From the NCBI GenBank assembly GCA_963725865.1, contig CAVSAC010000012.1:1280001-1344000 (forward strand): a DNA stretch of 64,000 bases, read 5' to 3'. Below are positions 30,410 through 42,567 of this stretch, piece by piece (within the stretch, counting starts at the first letter, position 1; every line of letters begins with the position of its first letter). Source of the DNA: Candidatus Eiseniibacteriota bacterium (GTDB lineage: Bacteria > Eisenbacteria > RBG-16-71-46). The position numbers were made by a program, and so were the translations under genes. A model generated the notes under the pieces. It made no database searches, was not told where the DNA came from, and saw nothing but the letters and a program-made list of their open reading frames with translations.

Positions 30410-33068
30410 ATGACTCGCCTCCACTGCATCCTTCTCCTCCTTCTGGCGGCAATCGCCCTCCCGGCGCCCGGCCTGGCGTCTCGCTCCGCCTGGCCGTCGA
30501 TGCAGCACAGGGCACTGACCGAGTGGGCCGACTCACTTTTCTACCGTGGTCGCGGCCTGGGGTACGCCTACCTCGACTCGCTGATCGCGGCGGCCCGCGC
30601 GCGAGGCGATCTCGATCTCGAGATGGTGGCAACGATCCGCAAGGCGGGCGCCCAGGTCTGGATCAGTGGCGACTTCGATACGGCGAGGACCCAGTCGCGC
30701 CGCTGGTTGTCGCGGGCTCGCGCCACCGGCGACACTCTCAGCTGGTGCCGGGCGCTGCGGAATATCGGGGTCGCGGAACTCTTCCAGCAACATTGGCCGG
30801 AAGCGCGGCGGTGCTACACGGAGCTCCTGCGTCTTGCGCGTCGGGCGCACCTCTCGGCCATGGAAGGCTACGCGCAACTCGGCGTTTCGTTCCTGGCCAT
30901 CCAGGACGGCGACGCGGTGGTCGCGGAGCGCGGCTATCGCCGGGCGATGCGGCTGCTCCCTGGCAGTGATGGGCCGGCGCTCCACACGGCGCGCGCAGGC
31001 CTGGCCAACGCCCTCTACCAACAGGTCAAGCCAGACGCCGCGCGGAGCGAATACGAGCGCGTCCTCGCCGACTCGCGCGCCAGCGGTGACCGGAGAAACG
31101 AGCTGGCCGCGCTCAACGATCTCGGCGCAATCGAATACCAGTATGGCGACCCGGGGCTCGCTGTCCGCTACTACCGGGAGGCTGCCGAGGGCCAGCGGAG
31201 ATTGGGCAATGTGCTTTACGCGCGCACCGCTTCCCGGAACATGGGCCTTTGCCTGGAAGTGCTCGGGCACTCGGAGGAAGCCTGCGCGGTTTTCGACAGC
31301 CTGGCCTCGCTTTCGCTCCAGGATCGAAACGTCGATCAGGCGGCGAATCTGCTCGGGGATCTGGCGAGAGCGCGACGCACCCAGGGACGCCTTGTAGAAG
31401 CGGAAGCCGCCGCGAGGCGGGTCGTGGCGGCGCGGGACTCCATCTCGATGGATGCCCGGGCCGCCGGAGTGGTCGAACTCGCCGAAGTCCTGCTTGCCCG
31501 TGGCCGCCCCGAAGCCGCTCGGCGCCAGCTCAGGGAGGTGACCGCATCCCTCCCACCCGAGCGGCTCGCGACGCAGAATGGAGCCAGGCTGCTCGAGAAA
31601 CTCGGAGAGTGCGAGATCGCGTGTGGCGACTGTCGCGGCGGCGGTGGCGCCCCTGCGGCAGTCCTCCGAGCTCCTGCGTGGCGTGCGTGGAGTGGTCGGG
31701 GTCGCGTTCGTCCGCGTGGAAGCTTCGCTGGCCCGCGCCTTCGTCGACCTCGGGAAACGGGACAGCGCGCTCGTCCACTTTCGGTCGGCGGCTGCCGCCT
31801 GGGAGCGCGGGCGAGCCGCGCCGAGCGACCCGGCCTGGCGCGAGGCGATGTCCGGGGGCATCGCGCTCCTGTACGGCCGGTTCGCATCGCTGCTTCTCGA
31901 TCCGTCGAGTGGCGGCACCGAGTCGCAGCGGGTCGCGAATGCGTTCATGGTTCTGCAGCCGTTCCGATCCCGCACGCTCGAGGACGCGCTGCGCGGCGCC
32001 GAGGGCCGCTCCATACTTCCGCGCGTCCCGCTGGACCGCTTGCAGCGCGAGGTGCTTCGGCCCGGCGAGGTCCTGGTGGATGTGTTCTCGGCCCCCGAAA
32101 CCACGTTCGTCTTTGCCGTGACCCGAGCCGGCATCCACGTCGCGGGGGCGCCGGGCCGGACGAGGCTGGGCCCGCGGCTTTCGCGGTTCCGGGACATGCT
32201 CGCCGCGCGTGACGCCGAACCTGCGCTCGTCGACGCCTCGGCCAGCCTGCTCGGGTCCGATCTGCTCGGCGGCGTCGCTGCGCCGGTTCGCTCGAGCCGT
32301 GTCGTCCTGATCGCCGCGGGGACCCTTGGCGACCTGCCACTCGGCATGCTGCGCCTGCCGGGGGACCGCGAGCCGCTCGCCCTTTCGCACCAGGTCGCCA
32401 TGATTCCATCGGCCACGCTGCTGGCTGCGGGTCGCGCGGTCAGGGGGCCCGCTCCGGCGAAGGGCGTGCTGGCGCTGAGCCGCGCCACCGACGCCGAGGG
32501 ACGCCGGCTCCCCGGGGTGGAGCACGAAACGAGGTGGCTCCGGCGGGAGATCCCGGGCGCGCAGGTGCGCGCCAACGACGGAGACCTGTCGATCGACGAC
32601 ATGCTGCGCGGAGTCGGCGATCGCGAAGTGCTGCACCTGGCCGCCCACGCCCGGGCACCGGCGAGAGCCCCGTGGCGCGCGGGTTTCCTGCTGGGACGCG
32701 GAGCCGGCGAGGACGCCTACCTCACCGCGTCGCGGATCAGCACGCTTCACGTCAAGGCCCGCGTCTGCGTGCTGGCCAGCTGCACGTCCGCCGGAGTCGG
32801 CGGCCCCGAGGGAATCCCGAACCTGGCCGCAGCCTGGCTGAGCGCCGGAGCGACGGCGGTGGTCGCGACCCTCTGGCCACAGGACGACGAGGCCACGACC
32901 GACTTCGTGGTGCTGTTCTACTCTCGACTCCAGCAAGGCGAGTCGGCCGGATCGGCGCTGCGCGAGACCCAACGAACGTTGCGCTCCCGTGGCGGGGTGG
33001 GCTCGATGGCCGCGGCCGGCTTCGTGCTCATCGGAGATCCCACCACGCCCGCCGTGCTGACACGCTGA
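30410..33068 (+). CDS. signal-peptide + TPR + CHAT (caspase-like) protease; one frameshift near 31630
   Basis: Hydrophobic N-terminus; TPR-like helices (ALNDLGAI, SRNMGLC); CHAT motifs LPLGML, LPGVEHE, LHLAAHA (His), VLASCTS (Cys), AGA..VVATLWP.DD and FVLIGD; split across ORFs 30410+ and 31578+. Confidence 0.85.
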
Positions 33069-33185
33069 GCGTCTCGTGTCCGTGCTTCTCAGTGACCTGT
33101 CAAGTCGCTAACCTCGGGTCGCTCATCAGCAGCTCGACGAATCGCTCCGCGCGGTGTGACGACCTTTGCGACAGGAACGTTCCTT

Positions 33186-33776
33186 ATGGTGGAACACCGC
33201 TCCCCCGAAGGGCGCGACGACGACGAGCTGGCCCTGATCGTTCGGGAACACTTCGGCGGACACGAGGCCGAGCGCGCCACCAACATCCTGCTGGACCGAT
33301 GGCAGGAGACGGTCTATCGGTGGGCCAGGAAGTTCGTTCGCAACTCCGACGACGCGCTCGAGCTGACTCAGGAGATCCTCGTGCAGATGGTGCGTGGGCT
33401 ACGGAACTACGAATCGCGGGGGAAGTTCGGCGCTTGGCTGTTCACGATCGCGAGGTACCGCTGCCTGTCCGCAGTTCGCGCGAAGTCACTCGACATCGAT
33501 CCCGATGTCGAGCTCGAATCCATCGTGAGCCTGTCCGCGGGGCCCGAGGACGAGGCCGAGTGGCGGGAGCGCGAGGCGCACGTCCTGGCGGCCATGAAGG
33601 GGGTCCTCGAGCCTCGCGAGCAGCTGGCCTTGTGGCTGCGGGCGTACGAAGGCATGTCGGTCGAGGACATCACCCGCGTGCTCGCGCTCGACGAGGCGAG
33701 CGGAGCGCGTGGACTGCTCCAGACGGCGAGACGCAAGCTCCGCGCAGCATTGGCGGAGCCGGAAGGACGAACATGA
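33186..33776 (+). CDS. ECF RNA polymerase sigma factor
   Basis: Region 2 (DALELTQE...FGAWLFTIAR) and region 4 (EGMSVEDI..VL....ARRKLR). Confidence 0.9.
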   Translation: MVEHRSPEGRDDDELALIVREHFGGHEAERATNILLDRWQETVYRWARKFVRNSDDALELTQEILVQMVRGLRNYESRGKFGAWLFTIARYRCLSAVRAKSLDIDPDVELESIVSLSAGPEDEAEWREREAHVLAAMKGVLEPREQLALWLRAYEGMSVEDITRVLALDEASGARGLLQTARRKLRAALAEPEGRT

Positions 33777-34420
33777 GCGACTGCCCGGATGTTGAAGCGC
33801 TGGCGGCGCTGTCCGGCCTGTCGGCCGACGATCCCCGTCGCGCTCACGTGGAGAGTTGCCCGCGGTGTCGTGCGCGCTTGATCGCGCTCGAGGAGTTCGT
33901 CGCTGCCTCGGGCTCCGACGTGCCCGAGGCCGAGTGGCACGTGGCCGAGGCGGAGCTGCGTCGCCGGCGCGTGAGCGACGGCCTGGTGTCGCCCCCGGCA
34001 AGGCCGCCGGCCGTGCGCCGGACGTGGACCCGGGCCGTTTGGCGGCCGGTCTTTGCTGCGGCAGCGTCTCTGGTGGTCATGATCGCCGGCGCGTGGTGGG
34101 TGGTGCAGAGCCGCCACGAGCCGACGCTGCGCGCCCTGCCCGGCGACGAGTGGATTCCCTCCGTCGAAAGCCGGGGGGCGGCGGTCACGATCGCCTGGAG
34201 GGCCACTCCCGGTGCGGATCAGTACCGCGTGGTCTTCCTGGACGCTTCGCTCGAGCCGGTCGCGACGCTCGAAGTGGGCCCCGCCCTCGAAGCCCGCGTT
34301 GGCCGCGAAGCCCTGCCCGGGGGGCTCGCCCACGGACAGGCAGTCATGGTGGAAGTCCACGCCATTCGGGGTCCGGATGAGGTCGCCCGGTCCCGCGCGG
34401 TACCGCTCACGCTGCCGTAG
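33773..34420 (+). CDS. zinc-finger (ZAS) transmembrane anti-sigma factor
   Basis: ATGA coupling to the sigma gene; N-terminal C...HVESCPRC; one TM segment; beta-rich C-terminal domain. Confidence 0.8.
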   Translation: MSDCPDVEALAALSGLSADDPRRAHVESCPRCRARLIALEEFVAASGSDVPEAEWHVAEAELRRRRVSDGLVSPPARPPAVRRTWTRAVWRPVFAAAASLVVMIAGAWWVVQSRHEPTLRALPGDEWIPSVESRGAAVTIAWRATPGADQYRVVFLDASLEPVATLEVGPALEARVGREALPGGLAHGQAVMVEVHAIRGPDEVARSRAVPLTLP

Positions 34421-34548
34421 CCCCCCGAGTCCCGGCACCTGTCTGCCGTGCGTTGTGACTCGTCGAGCATTCCTCCGTTCCTCCCAGTATGGGCGCTGAT
34501 CATTCGCCGCACCGCTCCTGGTTGCGGCTCCCCGACTCGGAGGATGCC

Positions 34549-37500
34549 ATGCGCACTTGTTTCCGTTCCGCTTCGCGCCGGTCCCAGTTGCTCTGCGCCC
34601 ATGCCGGGCTGGTTCTCGCCCTCGGCCTGCCGACTCTCGCGCGTGCCCAGGCCTTCCAGCTCGGCGTCCGGGTCGATCGACCGATGGGCATCTACCCGGC
34701 CTCGGTCGCAGTCGCGGACATGAATGGGGATGGCATCCCCGACCTGGTCTCGACGAACTCACAGGACAACAACATCTCCATCACGCTCGGGCTCGGCGGC
34801 GGCGCATACGCGCCGCGGGTCAACTTCGCGACGGGCGGGAACACGCTCCACGTCACCGTCGCCGACTTCAACCGGGACGGACGGCCGGACGTCGCGGCCA
34901 CCAACTTCGACGCCGGGACCATCTCCATCCTGCTCGGAAACGGGGCGGGCGGGCTGGGGCCCAAGGTGGACATGGCCGCGGAGTTCAGGCCACGCTCGAT
35001 CGCGGTCGCCGACGTGAACGCCGACAACCTCCTCGACCTCGTCGTGCCGAACTACGGCGCGAACAACGTGTCCGTCTTCCTGGGGAACGGCAACGGTGGC
35101 TTTGGGCCCCGGACGAACTACGCCGGTTTCACCAACCCGACGTGCGCCACGACTCCCGACCTGAATGGCGACGGCCGGCCGGACATGGTCGTGGCCAACA
35201 ACGGCGGAACGGTGATCTCCGTCCTGCTCGCCAATGGGAGCGGCGGCTTCGGCGCCAAGACAGACTACTCGGTCGGGGCCGGTTCCAATCCGCACTGGGT
35301 CGCGAGCGGCGACCTGAACAACGACGGCTTCGACGACGTCGTGGTAGCGGACGTCGGGTCCAGCCAGTTCTCGGTCCTCCTCGGCAACGGGACGGGCGCC
35401 CTCCTGCCCAGGACCGACTTCGCTCTCGCGGGCGGGCCGTACACGATCGCGCTCGCGGACATGAACGCCGACGGGATCGCGGACGTCGTCACCGTCCTCG
35501 GCAGCAGCCTGGTGTCCGTGAATGCGGGGAACGGCAGCGGGGGCTTCGGTTCCGCCGCGACGTTCGCGACCCCGTTCGGGGCCGTTCACGCGGAGGTGGC
35601 CGATCTCAACGGCGATGGACGGCTCGACATCGCGACGGCCAACCAGTACTCGAACTCCATTTCGTTGTTGTTTGGGAACGGGACAGGCGGGTTTCGCGCG
35701 AGGTCGGACATCACCTCGCTCGCCGGGCCCTACAATGTGGTGATGGTGGATGCCAACGGCGATGGCCGCCTCGACCTTGCGACGCCGAACCTGCTGGGCA
35801 ATTCGGCCTCGGTGCTGCTCAACAACGGCACGGGTGGCTTCGGCCCGAAACTGGACGTGGGTGTGGGAGCAAGCACCACGGACATCACGCTGGCTGACTT
35901 CAACAACGACGGCAAGCTGGACTTCGCCACGGCGACCGGCACCACTGCCCTGACCGTCTTGTTCGGCAACGGCGTCGGTGGATTTGGAGGGCGGATCGAT
36001 CCACCAGTGCTCGGCGCCACATCGGCCGTGGCCAGCGGCGACTTCAACAACGACGGTCACCCGGATCTGGTCGCTGCGTACAGTTTCGGCAATGTCATCT
36101 CCGTGCTGATGGGCAATGGTCTCGGCGGTTTCGCTGCAAAGACCGACTATGCGACGGGAAGCTGCCCGCAAGCGGTGGTGGTCGCGGACGTGACCGGAGA
36201 TGGCAAGCTCGACCTGGTCACCGCGAACGGCTGCAGCAACAACGTGTCGGTGATGGTGGGCGCGGGCAACGGGTTCTTCTCGGCCGGTGTCGCCTACCCG
36301 ACAGGAACGAACCCCCGAGCGATCGCGGTTGGCGATCTGAACGGCGACGGGAGCCTCGACCTCGCGGTGGCGAACCGCAACTCCAACACCGTCTCGATTC
36401 TCCTCAATCTGGGCGCCGGCACCTTCGGACCGAAGACTGACATTGCGACGCCGAATGGCATCTGGGGCGTTGCCTTGGGTGACATCAATGGCGACAGCCG
36501 GCCCGACCTGATGTTCAGCACCAATACCCTTTCGGGCCTGTCCGTGATGCTCGGAAACGGCGCCGGGGCCTTCGGTCCGCAAATCGGACTACGACGACCG
36601 GCGGGGGAGGCGGAGGCGTAACGACGGGAGACCTGAGCGGCGACGGGGACATCGACATCGCGCTCGAGCAGGACGGACGAACGGCAAGGTAGCGGCTTTC
36701 TCGGGCTCACGCGCACCGCGACCGCGCTCTCGGCGGGGTCCAACCCCGCCGTCGTGGCGCCCCGATCCTGACCGCGACGGTATCCGTTGTGTCCCCCGGC
36801 TCTGGCGCCCCACGGGCACGGTCCACTTCTTCGACGGCAACCGGCTGCTCGGCACTTCGGCCGTGAACGGCGGCGCCGCGGCGCGTGGGTGTCCGCGACA
36901 CGCCTGGGTTCCCGCTCACTGTCGGCGGTCTACAGCGGTGACGGGGAAGATTTCGGCAGCATCTCGCCGTCCAGGGACTTGCAGGTGGTCTCGTCGGCGG
37001 CTGCCCAGATCACCGGCATCGTCGACGTGCCCAACGACCAGGGTTACCAGGTGCGGATGACGTTCAACGCGAGCCCGTTCGACTACCTGAGCTCGCCCAC
37101 ACCGATCGCGAACTACCTCCTCTATCGGAAGATCGACGCGGCACTGGTGGCCGGAAACGAGGACCAGGTGAAGGCGGCACCGCCGCTGTCGACGACGGGC
37201 GGTCGTGCCCTCCGCGGTGGAGCTGCGGCGGGACTTCCTCGTGACCATTCCGGCGACGGCGGACGCGGGCTCTACGAGGTCGTCGTGCCCACGCTGATCA
37301 ATGGGGTCGGAAACTTGTCCACCTTCTTCGTGCGGGCCACGCTGTCGACCCCTGGGCTCTTCTACGACTCGCCACAGGCCCAGGGCTATCACTCGACAAC
37401 CTGCCCCCCGGCCCGCCGGCGCCGTTCGTCGGTAACTACTCCGGCGGCGCCGCTCACCTGAGCTGGGGAGAGAACCTCGGAGCCCGACCTCGCGCAGTAT

Positions 37501-37960
37501 CGGCTCTACCGGGGCTCGTCGGCGGGGTTCGTCCCGGGGCCGGGCAATCTCGTCACCGTGACGGCGGGGACCACCTACGACGACGTGGGACCCGCAGGCA
37601 GCTTCTACAAGCTCTCTGCAGCGGCGTGAACGGCGACGAGAGCGCGTACACGCTGCTCACGCCCAGCGGCACGACGGGTGTGGACGATGGCCCGGTGGCG
37701 TTCGCGCTGGGGCGGCTGCCGAACCCGGTGGTCGGCGGACGTCTCACGGTGAGCTTCGCGCTGCCGAGCGCCGAGCCTGCGACGCTCGAGATGGTGGACG
37801 TGAGCGGTCGCGCGGTGGTGCGGCGGGACGTGGGCGCGCTGGGCGCCGGGCGGCACGCGGTGGCGCTCGACGACGGTGCCCCGCTGCCCGCGGGCATGTA
37901 CTTCGTGCGGCTGACGCAGGGCCGGCAGGGCGCAACGGCGCGGGTGACCGTGCCCACAGA
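34549..37960 (+). CDS. large secreted FG-GAP/VCBS repeat protein with Ig-like, FN3-like and FlgD/T9SS-like C-terminal domains (multiple frameshifts)
   Basis: Signal peptide; 13 DxNxDGxxD repeats in ORF 34489-36621 plus one after the frameshift; Ig-like 'APTGTVHFFDG'; 'DVPNDQG'; CTD 'PNP...DVSGR...AGMYFVRL'; 3' end uncertain. Confidence 0.8.
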
Positions 37961-38115
37961 GCCGGCGAACCATCCAGGCGTCGGCGCGGCTATCGAGGCT
38001 CTTCAACCGCGTCACGGACCGGGCTGCCGCTCAGAAAGCGCGCCAGGGCCGGGATGGGCCGCGTCAGCAGGATCTGTGCCGGAGAGCGCCCGGCGGCCGA
38101 GCCAGCTGTGTCGCT

Positions 38116-38295
38116 TGGTCGCTCGATTGGTCGCTGTTCGAAGTCCACTTGTTGATTTTTTGGTCCTGTCCTTACGACAGCCGATGCCCGCTCGCGGCAC
38201 GGTACCGCAAGCGGGGCATCGCGTGACAACGACCTCGGGCGGATCAGCGACATCAGCCGTCTGTCAGGGTTGCTGCCGACCGCTGAGCTGACGGC
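38116..38295. repeat. diverged copy of the island-1 right end (20819-21005) with a decayed tRNA-5'-like segment
   Basis: Shares TGGTCGC..GATTGGTCGC..TTC.AAGTCCACT, TCCTGTCC, the hairpin CCCGCTCGCGG...CCGCAAGCGGGGC and GCG.GACAA.GAC.TCGG with 20819-20941. Confidence 0.75.
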
Positions 38296-38329
38296 TGTAG
38301 CACAAGCAGCGCAAGAGGCGCTCGTCGCA

Positions 38330-40638
38330 TTCAAAGGCTCCAGCCCGATCCTCCGCATGAACGACGTCCACCGCGGATCGTCGTGCAGGGGATTCAAGTG
38401 CGGGCTCACTTTGGCGAGCGCGACACCCGCGTCACGCGTCTCGAGCGCACGCTCGAGCCACCCGAACGCCGCGTCGACCTCTCCCCGGACTGCCCGGACC
38501 TGCGCCACTTGGAAGGCGGAGCTGTCACCATACATGCGCTCGAGCTGCGCCAGGGCCTCGTCCGACGCAGTCGCGCTTCCGAGCGTCCAATCGACGATGG
38601 CGAGCGACCAGAGTCGTGCCCATTCCGCCGATTCGGCCGTCGCCTCGACGAGTGCCTCTTCGGCTCGTCCCTGCGCCACGAGGACGAGTGCCAGCAGCGC
38701 ACGCTCCCGCGTTGGCGAAGTCGAGCGGGCCAGCGTGGCGCGTACCTCGGCCTCTGCCTCCGCCAGCCGGCCGGCACTGAAGAGGATGCGTGCCACGTAC
38801 GACGGGCCGATCATGGAGAGCGGATCCGCATCGATGGAGCGCCGCATCAGCTCGAGCGCCCGGTCGTACCGGCCGAGGCAGTACTCGAGCATGCCGGCCG
38901 CCTGCAATGCGTCCGCACTTCCCGGCGCCAGCTCGAGCGCTCGCGCGAACGACGCTTCCGCACCGGCCCAGTCGTACTCGTACCAGTGTCGGACGAGCCC
39001 GAGCGCCGTGTGTCCTTCCGCGAGGTTCGGCTCGATCGCGAGTGCGCGTTCCGCAGCCTCTCGCCCCAGCTTCATGCCTTCGTCAGGAGACATCAGGCCG
39101 GTCCCGGCCGCCCACGGGTAGGCCTGTCCGAGCGTCGCCCAGGCGAGCGCGTGATCCGGGTCGAGCTCCACCGCTCGTTTGAGCATCTCGATCCCCGCCG
39201 TCAGGTCGGCATTCGCGATGCGCGAGTACAGGTAGCGGCCCTGCAGGAACAGCCGGTGTGCTTCCGGATCGCGGCCTCGGCCGACCGCGGCAGCCGCGAC
39301 TTCGGCGCGGGTCTCGCCGCTCGCCTTCGAGTCCGCGCCCTGTCCGAGCAACAGCGCGCGCAGCTCCTTCACCACGGACTGTGCGATGTCGTCCTGCACC
39401 GCGAGGATGTCGTCGAGCGTGCGGTCATAGGTCTCCGACCACAGGTGCGAGCTGTCGGCGACGTTCACGAGCTGCACGCTGATCCGCACGCGGTTGCCGG
39501 CCTTGCGAACGCTCCCTTCGAGCAGCGTCGCGACCTCGAGCGCACGGCCGATCTCGCCGGCGGTCGCCTGCTTGCCCTTGAACGTGAAGGTGGACGAGCG
39601 CGCGATGACCCTGAAGCCCTTGATCTTGGAGAGCACGTTGAGCAGCTCGTCGGCGAGGCCGTCGGAGAAGTACTCGTCGTCGGCGCTGGCGCTGCGGTTC
39701 ACGAACGGCAGCACCGCGATCGATGCGGTCTTGTCGGCGACCGGTCGAGCCGAGAGGCCCGACTCGCTCCGCTCCAGCTGCTTGCGAAGGCCTCTCAGTT
39801 CGTTCGAGACGTCGAGCGCCGTCTGGAACCGCTCGCGCGGATGCTTCTCGAGGCAGCGACCCACGATCCGCTCGAGATCGGGCGGCAGGTCCGCCCGCAC
39901 GCTCGAGAGCGGCCGGGGCGGCTCCCTCAGGATGGCGCGGCCGATGTCCATGCTCGTCTCGCCCGTGAACGGCCGGCTTCCGCTCGCGAGCTCGTGGAGC
40001 ACGATGCCGAGCGCGAACAGGTCGGTGCGCGCGTCCACCGGTTCGCCGCGGATCTGCTCCGGCGCCATGTACGGGACGGTGCCGACGACCTGGCCGTCCC
40101 CCGAGAGCGGGCTCACCACCGTCGTGGCCTGCGTGAGGTTCGGGTCCGACTCCGACTCGGCCAGCTTGGCGAGCCCGAAGTCCAGGACCTTGACCCGTCC
40201 GTCACGCGTCAGCATGACGTTCGCCGGCTTGAGGTCGCGATGCACCACGCCCTTCTCGTGCGCAGCCGACGAGAGCGTCGGACAGGCGCAATCGCCACGT
40301 CGAGCAGCTTGGGCGAGCGGCAGCCCGCCGGCGCTCACGAGGCTCGTGAGATCTCGACCCTCGACCAGCTCCATGGTGAGGAACCGCGTGCCGCCGGCTT
40401 CCTCGATCGAGTACAGGACCACGATGTTGGGGTGGTTGAGGCCGGCCACGGTCTTCGCCTCGTGCTCGAAACGAGCGAGGCGTTCCGGCGACGACGCGAC
40501 CGACGCGGGCAGCACCTTGATCGCGACGTCTCGGCCGAGCCGCGTGTCGCGTGCACGATAGACCTCGCCCATTCCCCCCGCGCCGAGCGGGGCGACGATC
40601 TCGTAGGTGCCGAGGCGAGTACCGGCGGTCAGTGGCAT
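38330..40638 (-). CDS. Ser/Thr protein kinase + TolB-like domain + TPR
   Basis: [30 protein letters not shown] and SIAVLPFVN...[12 protein letters not shown]; similarity to its paralog ends at 'MRRIGLE' near 38335; compensating indels near 40280-40310. Confidence 0.9.
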
Positions 40639-40776
40639 AGGGGCGAATGTACCTCACGGAGCGGCGAGGTCGTGGGCCCGATGAGCCTCGAAGGTGCCTA
40701 CCCTTGGGCTACCCCCGCAATGGCGTACCGTGTCCTCCATAGTCCGCTGGCGTGACGTCTCCCCCGAAGACGACGG

Positions 40777-41211
40777 CTAGGCCTTCGCTTTCTCCGCAAG
40801 TCTTGACTTGCCGGAACTGTTGAGCGCGACCGCCTGGCGAACGAGCGCCTTGAAGGCGGACGCGTCCACTGCTTCTCCCTCGTGGATGTCGATCGCGCGG
40901 CGCACGTTTCCGTCGAGACTCGAGTTGAAGAGACGGGCCGGGTCCTTCAGCGACGCGCCCTTGGCGAAGGTGAGCTTCACGACGCTCTTGTAGGATTCGC
41001 CGGTGCAGATGATGCCGTCGTGCGACCAGACCGGAGTGCCGGGTTTGGTTGGCTTGACCCACTTCCACTCCTCGACGACGTCCGGGTCCGCTTCCTTGAT
41101 GAGCTTCCGCATTCTGCTGAGGGTGTCCCCGCGCCAGTCCCCGAGTTCAGCGATTCGCTTCGAGATGAGCTCCGATGCCGACTGGCCTTGGCTCGCGCCC
41201 GACTTCTTCAT
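40777..41211 (-). CDS. DUF1801 (YdhG-like) protein
   Basis: DWRGDTL...[12 protein letters not shown]...[23 protein letters not shown]. Confidence 0.9.
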   Translation of the reverse strand: MKKSGASQGQSASELISKRIAELGDWRGDTLSRMRKLIKEADPDVVEEWKWVKPTKPGTPVWSHDGIICTGESYKSVVKLTFAKGASLKDPARLFNSSLDGNVRRAIDIHEGEAVDASAFKALVRQAVALNSSGKSRLAEKAKA

Positions 41212-41313
41212 GTCCGCCTCCTCCAAAGTCCAAACCCGTCCGTTCCTCTCCGCTCGTGACCACGCAGGAAACGACCGCCCCGCTCGGGAATCCTCCGCGA
41301 AATCGCAAGTCCG

Positions 41314-41352
41314 GTCCCGACTGAGGCGCGTGTCGCGCGCGCGATAGACCTC
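41314..41352 (-). pseudogene. 39-bp remnant of a kinase N-terminus
   Basis: Encodes [13 protein letters not shown], nearly identical to the N-termini of the full-length kinases. Confidence 0.55.
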
Positions 41353-41386
41353 CTCGACCAGGAAGCCGCTGCTCCATCCGTCCCAG

Positions 41387-42368
41387 CTACGGGGCCACCG
41401 TCACGACGATCTTTCCACGAGCATGTCCCTGCGCGAGTCGGCGGAACGCTTCGGAGGTCTCCCTCAAGTGATGGCGGCTGTCGATGACGGGTGTCACCTT
41501 CCGCGACTCGAGGAGTCCGCCCATGATGACCAGGTCCGCTTGCTTCAGCCGCGTCACGTAGAAGCCCGCCCGCTGACTCGTGAACCGTGCGATCAGCGCC
41601 CCGGTCAACATGCGACCGAGCCGGCGCCAGAACCCGCGGCCGTCGGCACCTCCGACGCCCGCAGCGACCAGTACGCCCTGAGGAGTCAGCACGCGGCGGC
41701 ATGCGAGAAACGAGTGATTCGCCACCAGGTCGAAGATCACGTCGTAGCGTTGCGCACTCCGCGTGAAGTCGGCGCGAGTGTAGTCGACCATGTGGTCGGC
41801 ACCGATGAGCATCGACCATCTCCACGTTTCGGGTGCTGCAGACGCCGGTCACGTCGGCGCCGAACGACTTGGCGAACTGCACCGCGAACGTCCCTACGCC
41901 TCCGGCCGCGCCGTTGATCAGGACCCGCTGTCCGGGCTGGATCCGCCCACAGTCGCGGAGGCCCTGCAACGCGGTAAGCCCGGCGAGGGGAACCGCGGCC
42001 GCCTCCTCGAACGAGACGTTCGCGGGCTTCGCGGCCAGGGACGATTCGACGGCACAGGCGTACTCGGCCAGCGATCCGCGGCAGATCCCGAAGACGTCGT
42101 CGCCGGGCTTGAACTGGGTCACGCTCCGGCCCACGGACACGACGCGTCCGGCCACGTCGCGACCGGGTCGGGTCGCCTTGGGACTGCGCAGGCCCAAGAA
42201 CACCCGAACGAGCCGCGGCCGGCCCCGCATGAGGCCCCAGTCGTAGGCGTTCAATGAAGCCGCCCGAACCTGGATCAGGACCTCGCCGTCCCCCGGCGTC
42301 GGCTTCTCGACGTCCTCGAGTCGAAGCGCCTCCGGGGCGCCGTAACGGTGACAGACGATGGCCTTCAT
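41387..42368 (-). CDS. NAD(P)-dependent MDR oxidoreductase (frameshift near 41810)
   Basis: MKAIV...YG.P, AASLN, GLTALQGL, INGAAGGVG and C-terminal GHARGKIVV. Confidence 0.88.
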
Positions 42369-42567
42369 GGAGCGGGAATCTACCGCAAGGGCCAGGCCGC
42401 CCGCAGCGGAGACGTGGCTACCCTTGCTCAGTCCTGCGTCGGCGGGCCCGGAAATGGCCTGTGACGAGACCGCTGCCGCTTCGTTCAGAGGTTAGGTGTC
42501 GGGACCGAACCCGGACGCTGCCGCAGGCTGCGGCGGGTCGCGGTCGGTCGCTCACGGGAGGTCCGGC

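Noticed and set aside
30410..34420. Type III-E CRISPR Craspase locus
   Set aside because: No Cas7-11, Csx30/31 or CRISPR array is visible in the window; only the CHAT-plus-sigma logic is analogous.
37990..38330. About 110-aa C-terminal extension of the kinase
   Set aside because: The paralog ends at KMGLEG*; here a TGA sits one base out of frame after GLEP and the extension runs through noncoding repeat sequence.
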